From a virus (lineage: Duplodnaviria > Caudoviricetes): 53,840 nucleotides of DNA. The notes beneath the pieces were generated by a model. The model ran no database searches and had not been told where the DNA came from. It saw nothing but the letters and a program-made list of their open reading frames with translations. Both the position numbers and the translations under genes were made by a program. The stretch lies in IMG/VR virus record IMGVR_UViG_3300047309_000142, positions 1 to 53,840 of that record; one strand, given 5' to 3'. Shown here one piece after another: positions 8,525 through 18,407 of this stretch. Each line of letters opens with the position of its first letter. The first letter of the stretch is position 1.

Positions 8525-9956
8525 AGACGAATGTAACGTAAAGATAGAAGGACTAGATTTAACAACAAGAAGGAATCTAGTTAAAAAGTTTAGCTTTGAA
8601 CTGCCCTATGCAAGACATTTACCAGCAGTAAGACTGGGCCGCTGGGACGGCAAAGTTTCCTTTTTTACCTTAGGTGGTAGTAGCTTTATTTCCCTCTTGC
8701 CGGAAATACTGCCCTACTTGGATCAACAGGGATATGAACTAGACCTAGTTGATCAACGCAGCTATACAAGAACTTTTGACTTTGATGAAGTTAAAGCTGA
8801 TGATTACAGCCATAACGTATGGCCCAAAGGGCACCCAGCAGAAGGCCAGCCTATTATACTGCGTGACTACCAACTGGAAGTAATCAATAACTTCCTAGCT
8901 GATCCGCAATGTTTACAGGAAGTGGCCACTGGTGCGGGCAAAACAATCATTACCGCAGTATTAAGTCATCGCTGTGAGCCCTATGGCAGAACCATAGTAA
9001 TCGTGCCCAATAAAAGCTTAGTCACACAAACCGAAGCTGACTATAAGAATCTGGGACTCGATGTTGGTGTATATTTTGGCGACCGCAAGGAATACAATAA
9101 GACGCATACCATATGCACGTGGCAAAGCCTAAACAACATGCTGAAAAATACCAAAAATGACACGGCAGAAGTGCCCATCCAGGACTTTTTAGATGGTGTA
9201 GTGACCATTATGGTGGACGAATGTCATCAAGCAAAGGCCGAAATTCTGAAGACTCTATTAACTGGGGTAATGGGCCACATACCCATACGCTGGGGATTAA
9301 CTGGCACCATACCCAAGGAAGATTTTGATTTCTTTGCACTGCGAGTAAGCTTGGGCGAGGTTATTGGCAGGCTTAGTGCTAGTGAACTACAGGCCAAAGG
9401 TGTATTAGCTCGCTGTGAAGTAAACGTAATGCAGTTGCAGGACTTTGGTGAGTATAAACAGTACCAACAGGAACTAAAGTATCTCACCACCAACGAAGAC
9501 CGCATGCGATATGTAGCCAAGTTAATTGATCAAATAGCCAGCGATGGCAACACACTTGTATTGGTGGATAGGATTGTTGCAGGTGAGCTTATTGCGCAGC
9601 ATTTGCCCAATAGTGTGTTTATACATGGCAGCACAGACGATAGTGAGCGCAAAGAGCATTATGCAGAAGTTGCGATAAGTGACGACAAGCGTATTATTGC
9701 TACCTATGGCATAGCGGCCGTGGGTATAAACGTGCCTAAACTGCATAATATCGTGCTAATTGAGCCCGGAAAGAGCTTTGTGCGAGTTATACAGAGTATT
9801 GGGCGTGTATTACGTTTAGCACCTGGCAAAGACTTTGCTAATGTATGGGACATCACCAGTAGTCTTAAATACAGCAAGCGGCATCTCACTAAACGCAAGA
9901 AATTTTACGCTGAGGCTCAATACCCATATTCAGTCACAAAGGTTGACTGGCAGTAA
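8502..9956 (+). CDS. uvsW: SF2 DNA helicase, T4 UvsW-like
   Basis: LRDYQ, ATGAGKT, DECH, GLTGT and QSIGRVLR motifs, plus the UvsW-type N-terminal WDGK. Confidence 0.88.
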   Translation: MQARIVIKDECNVKIEGLDLTTRRNLVKKFSFELPYARHLPAVRLGRWDGKVSFFTLGGSSFISLLPEILPYLDQQGYELDLVDQRSYTRTFDFDEVKADDYSHNVWPKGHPAEGQPIILRDYQLEVINNFLADPQCLQEVATGAGKTIITAVLSHRCEPYGRTIVIVPNKSLVTQTEADYKNLGLDVGVYFGDRKEYNKTHTICTWQSLNNMLKNTKNDTAEVPIQDFLDGVVTIMVDECHQAKAEILKTLLTGVMGHIPIRWGLTGTIPKEDFDFFALRVSLGEVIGRLSASELQAKGVLARCEVNVMQLQDFGEYKQYQQELKYLTTNEDRMRYVAKLIDQIASDGNTLVLVDRIVAGELIAQHLPNSVFIHGSTDDSERKEHYAEVAISDDKRIIATYGIAAVGINVPKLHNIVLIEPGKSFVRVIQSIGRVLRLAPGKDFANVWDITSSLKYSKRHLTKRKKFYAEAQYPYSVTKVDWQ

Positions 9957-9971
9957 ATTACCAGCTAGTAT
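9943..9971 (+). promoter_or_regulatory. sigma70-type promoter inside the uvsW 3' end
   Basis: TTGACT (9943-9948), 17 nt, TAGTAT (9966-9971). Confidence 0.5.
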
Positions 9972-9993
9972 TATCTTAGCCAGGAGAAATAAA

Positions 9994-10494
9994 ATTAAGA
10001 TACTAACAAACGAAAACGCAGCATATGAATTAGATTCAATACCGGAAGAAGTAGAAGATTTAAGGTTTTGTGTTTTGGATAATAGTAATACTAAAACACC
10101 AGATTATTTTTTCATGCCCCTAATCTTTTTAGAAAGTTTTAATGCACCTGCTCTAGTACTGAAAATAGGAGAACAAGTATTAAAAATGCCGGTTGATTGG
10201 CAAATACTGATAGGAGAACCAGATCTGGGCGATTTAGAAATTGTACCTCTAACCAGTGTAAATGATCGTGGATTTAAAGCATTTACATTAAACCCATTAT
10301 CCAGTTATAGGCCCAAGTTTGAGACCATAGAAATCTTGGAAATATATCAGGATGTGAAATGGTATTTCCCCAAATTAAAAAATAACCAATTACTCACGGT
10401 GCCACTAAGTGATGATGAAAAACCTATGTGTGCATTTTTCATCAAAGATGTAAGCAGACAATGTGAGATCGTGGACATCAGCAAGGTTTGGTAG
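9994..10494 (+). CDS. Hypothetical protein, probable ATT start, possibly a degenerate Hint fold
   Basis: AGGAG at 9982-9986 lies 7 nt before an in-frame ATT; no in-frame ATG/GTG/TTG near the SD. Confidence 0.65.
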   Translation: MKILTNENAAYELDSIPEEVEDLRFCVLDNSNTKTPDYFFMPLIFLESFNAPALVLKIGEQVLKMPVDWQILIGEPDLGDLEIVPLTSVNDRGFKAFTLNPLSSYRPKFETIEILEIYQDVKWYFPKLKNNQLLTVPLSDDEKPMCAFFIKDVSRQCEIVDISKVW

Positions 10495-10679
10495 TGGGAA
10501 ATACGTGGTTGGACACCCAAAGGAATGCAATGCAAACTATGCGTAGCAAGTTGCAGGAAGATCAGCTTTGGTATAAGATACGAGTGGCTGCTCAGACCAA
10601 TACTGCTTTACAGGCTGAGCTGGATCGTGTTATAATGTTTTATTATTTGAGTAAGAAAAATGGCACAAAAGACGACTAA
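10488..10679 (+). CDS. Small hypothetical protein carrying an embedded sigma70 promoter
   Basis: 63-aa ORF; TTTACA (10607-10612) and TGtTATAAT (10628-10636) lie within it. Confidence 0.55.
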   Translation: MVVGNTWLDTQRNAMQTMRSKLQEDQLWYKIRVAAQTNTALQAELDRVIMFYYLSKKNGTKDD

Positions 10680-11148
10680 AACGCAAAAGAAATACAAACT
10701 AAATCTTTGGAGTTTATTGTCTGCGGCAGATACAAAAAAGCGCAAATTTTTCCAAACTTTGGATGATGAACAAGCCAAGGAGTTTAATCCTTATATGCCA
10801 CAGCGTTGGTTAACTAACTTAACCTACGAACAGGAAGGTCTATCTGAATATATTGTTCGCAATGCGGCATTACATGCCAATAAAGGACTAAAGGATCTTG
10901 GTTCGGAGCATAAAGAATTGCAATATTTGTTGCTGACTACTATTACCCCAGATCCCATAAGTGGGTTACGTCATTCTTTGATAAAACCCTTGCGTCGTGT
11001 AAATGGTTCAGAGAATCGCATAAACATACTGAGTCAAATTTATCCATCGGCAAAGATATCTGATCTTGATGTTATGTTAGGGTTAATGACTGAAGCGGAA
11101 TTTAAGGAACTGTTGGAAGACCATGGAATCAATAGCAAAGACTTCTGA
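10660..11148 (+). CDS. Clamp-loader small subunit-like protein (T4 gp62-like)
   Basis: KEFNPYMPQRWLT...AN...KELQYLLL resembles the gp62 pattern; located in the replication block. Confidence 0.55.
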   Translation: MAQKTTKTQKKYKLNLWSLLSAADTKKRKFFQTLDDEQAKEFNPYMPQRWLTNLTYEQEGLSEYIVRNAALHANKGLKDLGSEHKELQYLLLTTITPDPISGLRHSLIKPLRRVNGSENRINILSQIYPSAKISDLDVMLGLMTEAEFKELLEDHGINSKDF

Positions 11149-11818
11149 ATTTGTCTGTCGCTATTGTGAACGATCTTTTAGGCGCGAAAGTACACTATCA
11201 GTTCACTTATGCGAAGCAAAACGACGATCTCAACAGGAACATGATCCCGAAGTAAAACTGGGATTTCAAACTTATCTGCGTTTTTATGAACTAACGCAGG
11301 GATCGGCCAAGTTAAAAACTTATGCAGATTTTGCTAGTAGCCCATACTACCTAGCATTTGTAAAGTTTGGCAGGCATATTCGTGCTATCAATGTATTAGT
11401 GCCCAGTAAATTCATTGATTTTGTAATTAAACAGAATAAAAAACTAGATCACTGGTGCCATGACAGTGTTTATGAGGAGTATCTTTTACAACACACTAGG
11501 CATGAGGCAGTTCAGGATGCACTGGCGAGAACTATAGAACTAGCACAGACCTGGGCAGAAGAAAATAACAGCGCATTTAATCACGTTTTTTTGTATGGTA
11601 ACAGCAATCGTATCTGTTATCAAATCACACAGGGCAGAATTACAGCGTGGGCATTGTTCAACTGTAAGTCTGGGCAGGCATTTTTAGACAAACTAAATGA
11701 AGAACAGACCAGTATTGTTTACAAATGGATTGACCCTACTTATTGGCAAAAACGCTTTGTAGATTACCCAGCTGATACAGCTTGGGCACAACACATGTTA
11801 GCTGAGGCGGGATTTTAA
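11123..11818 (+). CDS. Zinc-finger protein, hypothetical
   Basis: N-terminal CRYC-x12-H-x-C (FVCRYCERSFRRESTLSVHLC). Confidence 0.7.
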   Translation: MESIAKTSEFVCRYCERSFRRESTLSVHLCEAKRRSQQEHDPEVKLGFQTYLRFYELTQGSAKLKTYADFASSPYYLAFVKFGRHIRAINVLVPSKFIDFVIKQNKKLDHWCHDSVYEEYLLQHTRHEAVQDALARTIELAQTWAEENNSAFNHVFLYGNSNRICYQITQGRITAWALFNCKSGQAFLDKLNEEQTSIVYKWIDPTYWQKRFVDYPADTAWAQHMLAEAGF

Positions 11819-12397
11819 ATGAAGTTTGATGCAGATATTGACATCGATCTTGCTGATCGCAACCAATTGCTAGAGCACATTAAACATATACCAGCAGCGA
11901 TTCTGCGTGATGGCACATGGGTACGTCACAATACAGGTATATATGCAACACCTATACCTTATAACCCTATAACAGGGCTAGCCACAGTGGATTACGCACA
12001 AGCAGAAGAGCGTGGTTATATAAAACTGGATCTGTTAAATCTGCACATTTATAACAGGGTGCAGTCAGAGGAAGAACTTGATATATTGTTACAGCAGGAA
12101 CCGCCCTGGCATAGATTAGTTGAGCGACAGTTCACTGAGCAGCTAATACACTTGGGTAATCAGTATGAGCTATTACAGCGTATGCCGGAACCCATAACAA
12201 ACATGGAGCAACTGGCCATGTTCCTAGCGGTCATACGTCCAGCCAAAAGACATTTGGCAGGATTGCCCTGGCGTCAAGTTGCAGAAACTGTTTGGCAACG
12301 TAGCGAAGATCAATATGTGTTTAGGCGTGCTCATGCTGTGGCCTACGCGCATGTGGTAGCAATTAATATGCTACTATTACACTATGCCACTACCTAA
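11819..12397 (+). CDS. Miniature DNA polymerase III alpha (DnaE)-like protein
   Basis: DADIDIDL, RHNTGIY, GYIKLDLL, AVIRP and FRRAHAVAYA match DnaE motifs, in order, within 192 aa. Confidence 0.8.
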   Translation: MKFDADIDIDLADRNQLLEHIKHIPAAILRDGTWVRHNTGIYATPIPYNPITGLATVDYAQAEERGYIKLDLLNLHIYNRVQSEEELDILLQQEPPWHRLVERQFTEQLIHLGNQYELLQRMPEPITNMEQLAMFLAVIRPAKRHLAGLPWRQVAETVWQRSEDQYVFRRAHAVAYAHVVAINMLLLHYATT

Positions 12398-12788
12398 TTT
12401 TTTTAACCAGCATAATTTGTTTGCGTTTTACTCGTTTTTGAGCTAATTCTCGCAGATTCAGTTGTGGTCCATGAACGATGACCACATCTTTGCTGTTAAA
12501 GGTGCGTAAACAAAAACGAAACTGGGCCCAATCCTGTTTCAAAAACAAGTTAATTGGTATCTTGCGGTTGCTTTCCCACCACCAAATTTCCCCTAGATCT
12601 AAATAAGTTTGGCGTTCCGTGCCGGTAGTAAGGCGGCCAAAATCATAGAAATTAGTAATAAGCTGGTCGCAGTTCTGTATTATCCCCACGTATTCATTAC
12701 CGCCATAGGTGAGGAAACTAATGAAAGGGAATTTATCTAATAAAATTTTTGTACTATCTTCCACTATAACGATTTGGCTAAATATCAA
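12390..12788 (-). CDS. Hypothetical late protein (start possibly GTG at 12764)
   Basis: 132-aa ORF containing WWWESNRKIPI; minus-strand TAAATA at 12809-12814. Confidence 0.7.
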   Translation of the reverse strand: MIFSQIVIVEDSTKILLDKFPFISFLTYGGNEYVGIIQNCDQLITNFYDFGRLTTGTERQTYLDLGEIWWWESNRKIPINLFLKQDWAQFRFCLRTFNSKDVVIVHGPQLNLRELAQKRVKRKQIMLVKKIR

Positions 12789-12790
12789 TT

Positions 12791-13312
12791 ATGCAAACAA
12801 TCACCAGTTATTTAGTGAATCAAATCATACCGGTGGAGATATTTGATGACACAACACCCACTATAAGGAATAGAATCGTGTACGCCAAAATTGTCAAAGC
12901 TTACAAAAATATAGATAATACTTTAGAACTGCGATTCGTTAATCAGGACCAAAAGCCAGTGACCATAGTGGGCAATGCAATAAAGTTTTACCTTGTGGAT
13001 CAGGAATTACAGCAAGTATTATTAACCAAAGTTGGAGTAATGATAGATGATGGCAGCACTCTGCGTCACAAAGGTATAGCTAGAATAATCATATCTGGTT
13101 CGGATTTAATTAATATACCAGCTGGATTTTACAACTACGCTGTGAAATTAATAGACAATAATGTAAGCCCTCCCTATGAACTAATAGGTTACACGGATGA
13201 CAATTATGGTGCCACAGGGCAACTACAAGTTCTACGCGGTGTTTACCCAGATATTGATAGTGTGGCTACGGATGACGTAGACGAATACGATTTGGGCAAT
13301 CTAACAAATTAA
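12791..13312 (+). CDS. Baseplate/tail structural protein (BppU-like Ig fold)
   Basis: TAAATA at 12779; beta-rich LELRFVNQDQKPV...GFYNYAV; heads the tail-fibre block. Confidence 0.5.
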   Translation: MQTITSYLVNQIIPVEIFDDTTPTIRNRIVYAKIVKAYKNIDNTLELRFVNQDQKPVTIVGNAIKFYLVDQELQQVLLTKVGVMIDDGSTLRHKGIARIIISGSDLINIPAGFYNYAVKLIDNNVSPPYELIGYTDDNYGATGQLQVLRGVYPDIDSVATDDVDEYDLGNLTN

Positions 13313-13324
13313 TGGAAATGAATA

Positions 13325-16300
13325 GTGCATAAGATACTAAGGTTAAGACGAGGAAATTCAGCGGTAACCAGCACATTTGTTGGTAAAGCCGGCGAAGTCA
13401 CTATTGATACTACTAACAATGTATTGGTAGTACATGATGGCTTTACTCCGGGCGGTTGGCCTCAGGGCGGCGGTGGCAATGTTTCTATTCCTATAGCCAG
13501 TTCTACAGTTTTGGGTGGAATTAAGATAGGCACTGGCTTAAACATTGATGGCAATGGCGTAGTTACGGTTAACACTGCAAGCATTGGTAACCTAAGTATC
13601 ACGGATCAAACTATAAATGGAACCGTAGTAAACGGTAATATAGTTTTAGCGCCAAATGGTACTGGGCGCGTATTGCTATCAAACCTTGCTTATCCAAATA
13701 CAGATGGTAGTGCAGGTCAAACGTTAATAACAGATGGCAACGGTAATTTGTATTGGAGTACGCCCAGCAGCGTTACGTTTGGTGCTACTGCACCTGCTAC
13801 GCCGCATAACGGTGACATTTGGGTAGACAGTAATACCGGCATTGAATACATTTATTATGTAGATCAAGATAGTGGGCAATGGGTAGAGTTTGGACCAACC
13901 AATACCCAAAATGACAACATTAATTTCCTTGCTCTTAACACGAGTATCATTCCAGCATCAGATAGTTTCTACAACTTAGGCAGTAGCTCTAAGCAGTGGC
14001 ATAGTTTATATGTTTCTGGCAACACAATTTACGTTAATAATGTTCCATTAACAATTGATAATAGCAATAACCTGCTGGTAAACGGCAATGTTATTGGCGG
14101 TGTTTCGACCGGCAATATCAGTTTCATTAACGACACCATTTACGATATATATGGCGTTACAGTAAACAATAGTGATTTGTCACATGGTGCTACAGCTGGA
14201 ATGATAGTGCCACAAAATACCGGTGGCGATATTACGTTACTAAACTATTATGGCAATTTGGTAATTAGTACAAGTACAACAGGCTCTTCTGGTGTAAAAA
14301 CTTGGAAATTTCAAAATTCAACATTAGTGAACCCAGAAAATGTAACTTGGTCTGGTGCAGATATTATAGCTGGCCCAAACACAGGCTATATAGAACTAGG
14401 CAGTTATGATCAAAATAATTGGGTTGGTGCCGATGGAACTGGCGTCTTCTTACAGACAGCATTTACTACCAACAACTATGTTTGGTATGCAGGTATTGAT
14501 GGTAATTTCGCTCCTGGCTTGGATGCCCAGCAAAATCTAGGATCGCCCAGCAAGAGAATAGGTCATATATATGCAAGCGGCAGTTCAGTTTATTTAGACA
14601 ATATTAAACTAAGTGTAGAAAACAATCAATTAAAAGTTGAACAGGTTAACACTATAGGCGGAAACACAGTTATAAGTCAGGTGGCCTTAAAGGCGGTTGA
14701 TGTAAGTGAAACTGTACCTGACTTTATGCAAGGGGGCTTGTGGTATAATTCTACAGATGGTCGTTTATATGTTGGTGATAATAATACATGGGTGGATGCG
14801 GCACCCGTTACTATACCTCCAGTCAGCACTTATTTAGATAAACTAGCAGTGGATGGTGAATTAATTTACAACACTGACACCACAGATAATACTGTTAATT
14901 TAGTATCGCCAGGGCAGCGTGGCGGTTTCAATCCTGGATACACATTTAATGACAATGTAAGTTTGTGCTTGCAATACAGCCATTTGTACTTGGATAAAGT
15001 TGGCACTTGGAATTTAGGTAGCAATCATTGGGGAACAGAAATTTTCAGTTATTCCAATGATTCAATGAGTCCTCCAACCAACATTGCTATTATAACAGCT
15101 GACGGCGACGAACAATGGCATTTTAAAAATGATGGAACACTAAATTTACCCAGTGTTATAAATTTTGGACAAAATAACAGCAGGCTAAATCCTCCTGCAA
15201 ACGATGGTAGTACAGATCTTATAAGGTTATGGGATTTTAATGGATCGAACCCCAGTGGATATAATTACGCCATAGGGGTGGAACCAGATCATGTTTGGTT
15301 TAGCATGGATGTTGTTGATGATCTTGGCGGGTTTAAATTCTACAGTCAAAATAACCAGATACTAAAAATAGGTGGTGCCGGTGCAGTACATTTGACTGGC
15401 AATTTATATTTTGCAGATGGTAGTGTGCAGAGTACGGGTTATCCTGTAAAAACGGCCAACACTGCGCCAAGCAATACACATATTTTATGGTTTAACGAAA
15501 CAGATGGCAGGTTGTATGTACATTACGATAATCAATGGGTAGATGCTAGCCCACAAGTGCCGCAAGTTTTGAGTAGTTTGGATAACAATAATTTCAGTTT
15601 AACCTTAAACTCTGATGGTACCATAACATTTCCGGATGGATCTGTTCAAACAGGTGCGTTCAGTGGTTATGCATGGAAAGGTCCATGGCAAAGTGGACCA
15701 GTTAATTATATTACAGATAAAGACGTAGTGACCTATGCTGGTGGTGCATATCTAAAAATTAGTGGCTCGGGAAATTCCGGAAGTAGTCCGAATGTAGATG
15801 CAATAAGATGGCAACCGGTAGTTATTGGCATTCCATCTGGCGGCTCTACTGGACAAGTACTAGCTAAGATAGATAATAGTGACTACAATGTAGAGTGGGC
15901 AAATCAAACAGGCGGCGGGTCTTTTAGTGGTAACATCGCGGGCAATCAAATTACCTTTGATCAATCTAGAGTACATACACCCGATGCTGGCAGTGCTGGT
16001 ATATATGACCGAATAACGCTTTATCCTTTGGGTAGTAATTCATATGGAGTTGGTATTGAATCTTCGTATTTGTGGCTTAACACCGGCGATGGTGGTCTGG
16101 GCGTTAAGTTTTACAATCAGGGAAATTTAGCTTACGACTTTGAACCGCACGGAGTAATAATTGATGGTGTTGAGGACGATAGTACCGCGGTTATAGATTT
16201 TTTCAAAGCTGCGCAGAATAATCATAAAGTGACATTAGCAAGCGACTGGACTTTAAAGATAAAGGCTCGAGCCGATGGTACTAATCAAGGTCACCTATAT

Positions 16301-18406
16301 CTAGAGGCAGGGCAGAATACAAAGGTTGTTGTTAATGGAAGTGGCAGTACAATTAATCTAGTAGCTAGCGATGGCAACACGAACATTTCTACTTGGACCT
16401 TCAATAAAACAGGTATATTACAACTGCCGGGAAATTCAGAACTTAGACCTAACGGCTCTGGCATAGATTTGCGAGCAGGCTCGGGCGGATATGCTCAGTT
16501 ACAAAATGCTAACGCTAACGTATTAATAGGCGTTGATGATACATCTACTTATATCCAAACATACGACGATGCACATGGTTCCAAAACTTGGACTTTTGCT
16601 AAGTCTGGGTCCTTTAGCTTGCCTAATAATTCCAATATAAACGATATTCCCGATAATGGTAGCACGCCGGGCGGCATCATATTAAATGTAAATTCCAACG
16701 AAACTAAATTTGATACCGGCGGCAGAACACATTTCCCTAACGACCTTATAATCAATTATGGTGGCATAAGTTTCCCAGATTCTACCTACCAATCTACTGC
16801 TTGGCAGGGATCTTTGGCATTGTCAAATCTTACAGATGTTAATATAACCGGTACACCCTCCAACGGTCAAGTATTAAAATATAATGCTGGTCTAGGACAT
16901 TGGGCACCGGCCAGCGATCTAACTGGCGGCGGTGGCGGTGGTGGAATAAACTTAACTGACTTAAGTGTAACAGTAAGCAATACTCCATCAGGCAGTGGTA
17001 ATTTGTCTTATGATTCAGGAACTGGAATCTTTACTTTTACCCAACCAGACCTAAGCTCATTTATCACCGCCGGCGATTTAAGCAGTTATCCAACAACCGC
17101 AAACGTTAACAGTGCAATTAACGCTGCCAGTATAGCAGCTCAGTCTGCTATTGATACTGTAAGTAATGCGGTATCTGCGGTATCGGTCGCAGCAGCTAAT
17201 GCAACAAGTATTGCCAATGCGGCTAGTGCAGCGGTTAATGTAGTGAGCAATGCGGTATCAATCGTATCAGTTGCAGCAGCCAACGCAACAAGTATTGCCA
17301 ATGCGGCTAGCAACGCAGTATCAATCGAAATAATAAATCGTCAGTCAGCCAGTGCGGTATTGGAAAGTCATATCAATACAGTAAGTAATGCAGTTTCAAT
17401 CGTATCGGTCGCAGCAGCCAATGCAACCAGTATTGCAAATGCGGCTAGTGCAGCGGTCAATGTAGTGAGTAATGCTCTTAGTTCTGAGATTTTGAATCGA
17501 ATCAGTGCAGATAATGCATTAAGTGCTAACATTAATACAGTAAGTAATGCGGTATCAATTGTATCGGTCGCAGCAGCCAATGCAACCAGTATTGCAAATG
17601 CGGCTAGTGCAGCGGTCAATGTAGTGAGTAATGCTCTAAGTGCAGAAATTGTGAACCGTGTCAGCGCAGATAATGCGGTTAGTGCTGCGGCATTATCAGC
17701 ATTGAACACATTAAGTGCCGCGGTAGCAGGTCAGGGTTATTTAAAATCCAACAGTCTAAGTGTTACAACTAATGCAGCAAGTGGCGGTGGATCCTTGTCG
17801 TATGCAAGCAACGTATTCACTTTCACGCCGCCCAGTAACTTAACAAATGGCATATACACTGCCAGCTTAGGAAACACTGGTAATTTGACTGTTTCAAATG
17901 ATATAATTACAACTGGTGGCAATTTAAGAACCACCGCAACCACCGCATATCTCTTTAATGCAACACCAACAACTGTTTTCATAGCAGGAAACGCCTCGGT
18001 TGGCACTACAATAGGCCACGCATCTGGTACAGTGACAATTAACGGCAACTTGCAGGCTAGCACGAATGGTTTTACAATAGGCTATAAAGACATTCCGCAG
18101 CTAAGTTATACAGGCAATACCACTTTGGCTGCAACTGACGGTGGCAAGCATTATTATTCTACCGTAGCAACCGCGACTACCTTAACAGTACCTAACAGCT
18201 CAAGTGTCAGCTTTGCAGTAGGTACAGCAGTAAACGTAGTTAATCAGGGTGCCGGCACAATTACTTTAGCGCAGGGTTCGGGGGTGACATTATATCTTGC
18301 AGGAAACTCCACTGCTGGCAACAGATCCCTAAGTAGTTATGGAGTTGCTACTATACAGAAAGTAGCTACAGATACTTGGTTCGTTGTGGGTGTAGGACTG
18401 GCTTAA
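13325..18406 (+). CDS. Long tail fibre with Mtd-N-like N-terminus
   Basis: LRLRRG...GEVTIDT...VVHDG..GGWP N-terminus, repeated 'WxxxxxGrLYvY...WV' modules, an Ala/Ser/Asn coiled-coil insert and a C-terminal fibre domain. Confidence 0.8.
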   Translation: MHKILRLRRGNSAVTSTFVGKAGEVTIDTTNNVLVVHDGFTPGGWPQGGGGNVSIPIASSTVLGGIKIGTGLNIDGNGVVTVNTASIGNLSITDQTINGTVVNGNIVLAPNGTGRVLLSNLAYPNTDGSAGQTLITDGNGNLYWSTPSSVTFGATAPATPHNGDIWVDSNTGIEYIYYVDQDSGQWVEFGPTNTQNDNINFLALNTSIIPASDSFYNLGSSSKQWHSLYVSGNTIYVNNVPLTIDNSNNLLVNGNVIGGVSTGNISFINDTIYDIYGVTVNNSDLSHGATAGMIVPQNTGGDITLLNYYGNLVISTSTTGSSGVKTWKFQNSTLVNPENVTWSGADIIAGPNTGYIELGSYDQNNWVGADGTGVFLQTAFTTNNYVWYAGIDGNFAPGLDAQQNLGSPSKRIGHIYASGSSVYLDNIKLSVENNQLKVEQVNTIGGNTVISQVALKAVDVSETVPDFMQGGLWYNSTDGRLYVGDNNTWVDAAPVTIPPVSTYLDKLAVDGELIYNTDTTDNTVNLVSPGQRGGFNPGYTFNDNVSLCLQYSHLYLDKVGTWNLGSNHWGTEIFSYSNDSMSPPTNIAIITADGDEQWHFKNDGTLNLPSVINFGQNNSRLNPPANDGSTDLIRLWDFNGSNPSGYNYAIGVEPDHVWFSMDVVDDLGGFKFYSQNNQILKIGGAGAVHLTGNLYFADGSVQSTGYPVKTANTAPSNTHILWFNETDGRLYVHYDNQWVDASPQVPQVLSSLDNNNFSLTLNSDGTITFPDGSVQTGAFSGYAWKGPWQSGPVNYITDKDVVTYAGGAYLKISGSGNSGSSPNVDAIRWQPVVIGIPSGGSTGQVLAKIDNSDYNVEWANQTGGGSFSGNIAGNQITFDQSRVHTPDAGSAGIYDRITLYPLGSNSYGVGIESSYLWLNTGDGGLGVKFYNQGNLAYDFEPHGVIIDGVEDDSTAVIDFFKAAQNNHKVTLASDWTLKIKARADGTNQGHLYLEAGQNTKVVVNGSGSTINLVASDGNTNISTWTFNKTGILQLPGNSELRPNGSGIDLRAGSGGYAQLQNANANVLIGVDDTSTYIQTYDDAHGSKTWTFAKSGSFSLPNNSNINDIPDNGSTPGGIILNVNSNETKFDTGGRTHFPNDLIINYGGISFPDSTYQSTAWQGSLALSNLTDVNITGTPSNGQVLKYNAGLGHWAPASDLTGGGGGGGINLTDLSVTVSNTPSGSGNLSYDSGTGIFTFTQPDLSSFITAGDLSSYPTTANVNSAINAASIAAQSAIDTVSNAVSAVSVAAANATSIANAASAAVNVVSNAVSIVSVAAANATSIANAASNAVSIEIINRQSASAVLESHINTVSNAVSIVSVAAANATSIANAASAAVNVVSNALSSEILNRISADNALSANINTVSNAVSIVSVAAANATSIANAASAAVNVVSNALSAEIVNRVSADNAVSAAALSALNTLSAAVAGQGYLKSNSLSVTTNAASGGGSLSYASNVFTFTPPSNLTNGIYTASLGNTGNLTVSNDIITTGGNLRTTATTAYLFNATPTTVFIAGNASVGTTIGHASGTVTINGNLQASTNGFTIGYKDIPQLSYTGNTTLAATDGGKHYYSTVATATTLTVPNSSSVSFAVGTAVNVVNQGAGTITLAQGSGVTLYLAGNSTAGNRSLSSYGVATIQKVATDTWFVVGVGLA

Positions 18407-18407
18407 T

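Noticed and set aside
9835-9993. ORF-track N-terminal extension of the 219-aa ORF
   Set aside because: It overlaps uvsW by ~120 bp, and the promoter and SD point to a start at 9994.
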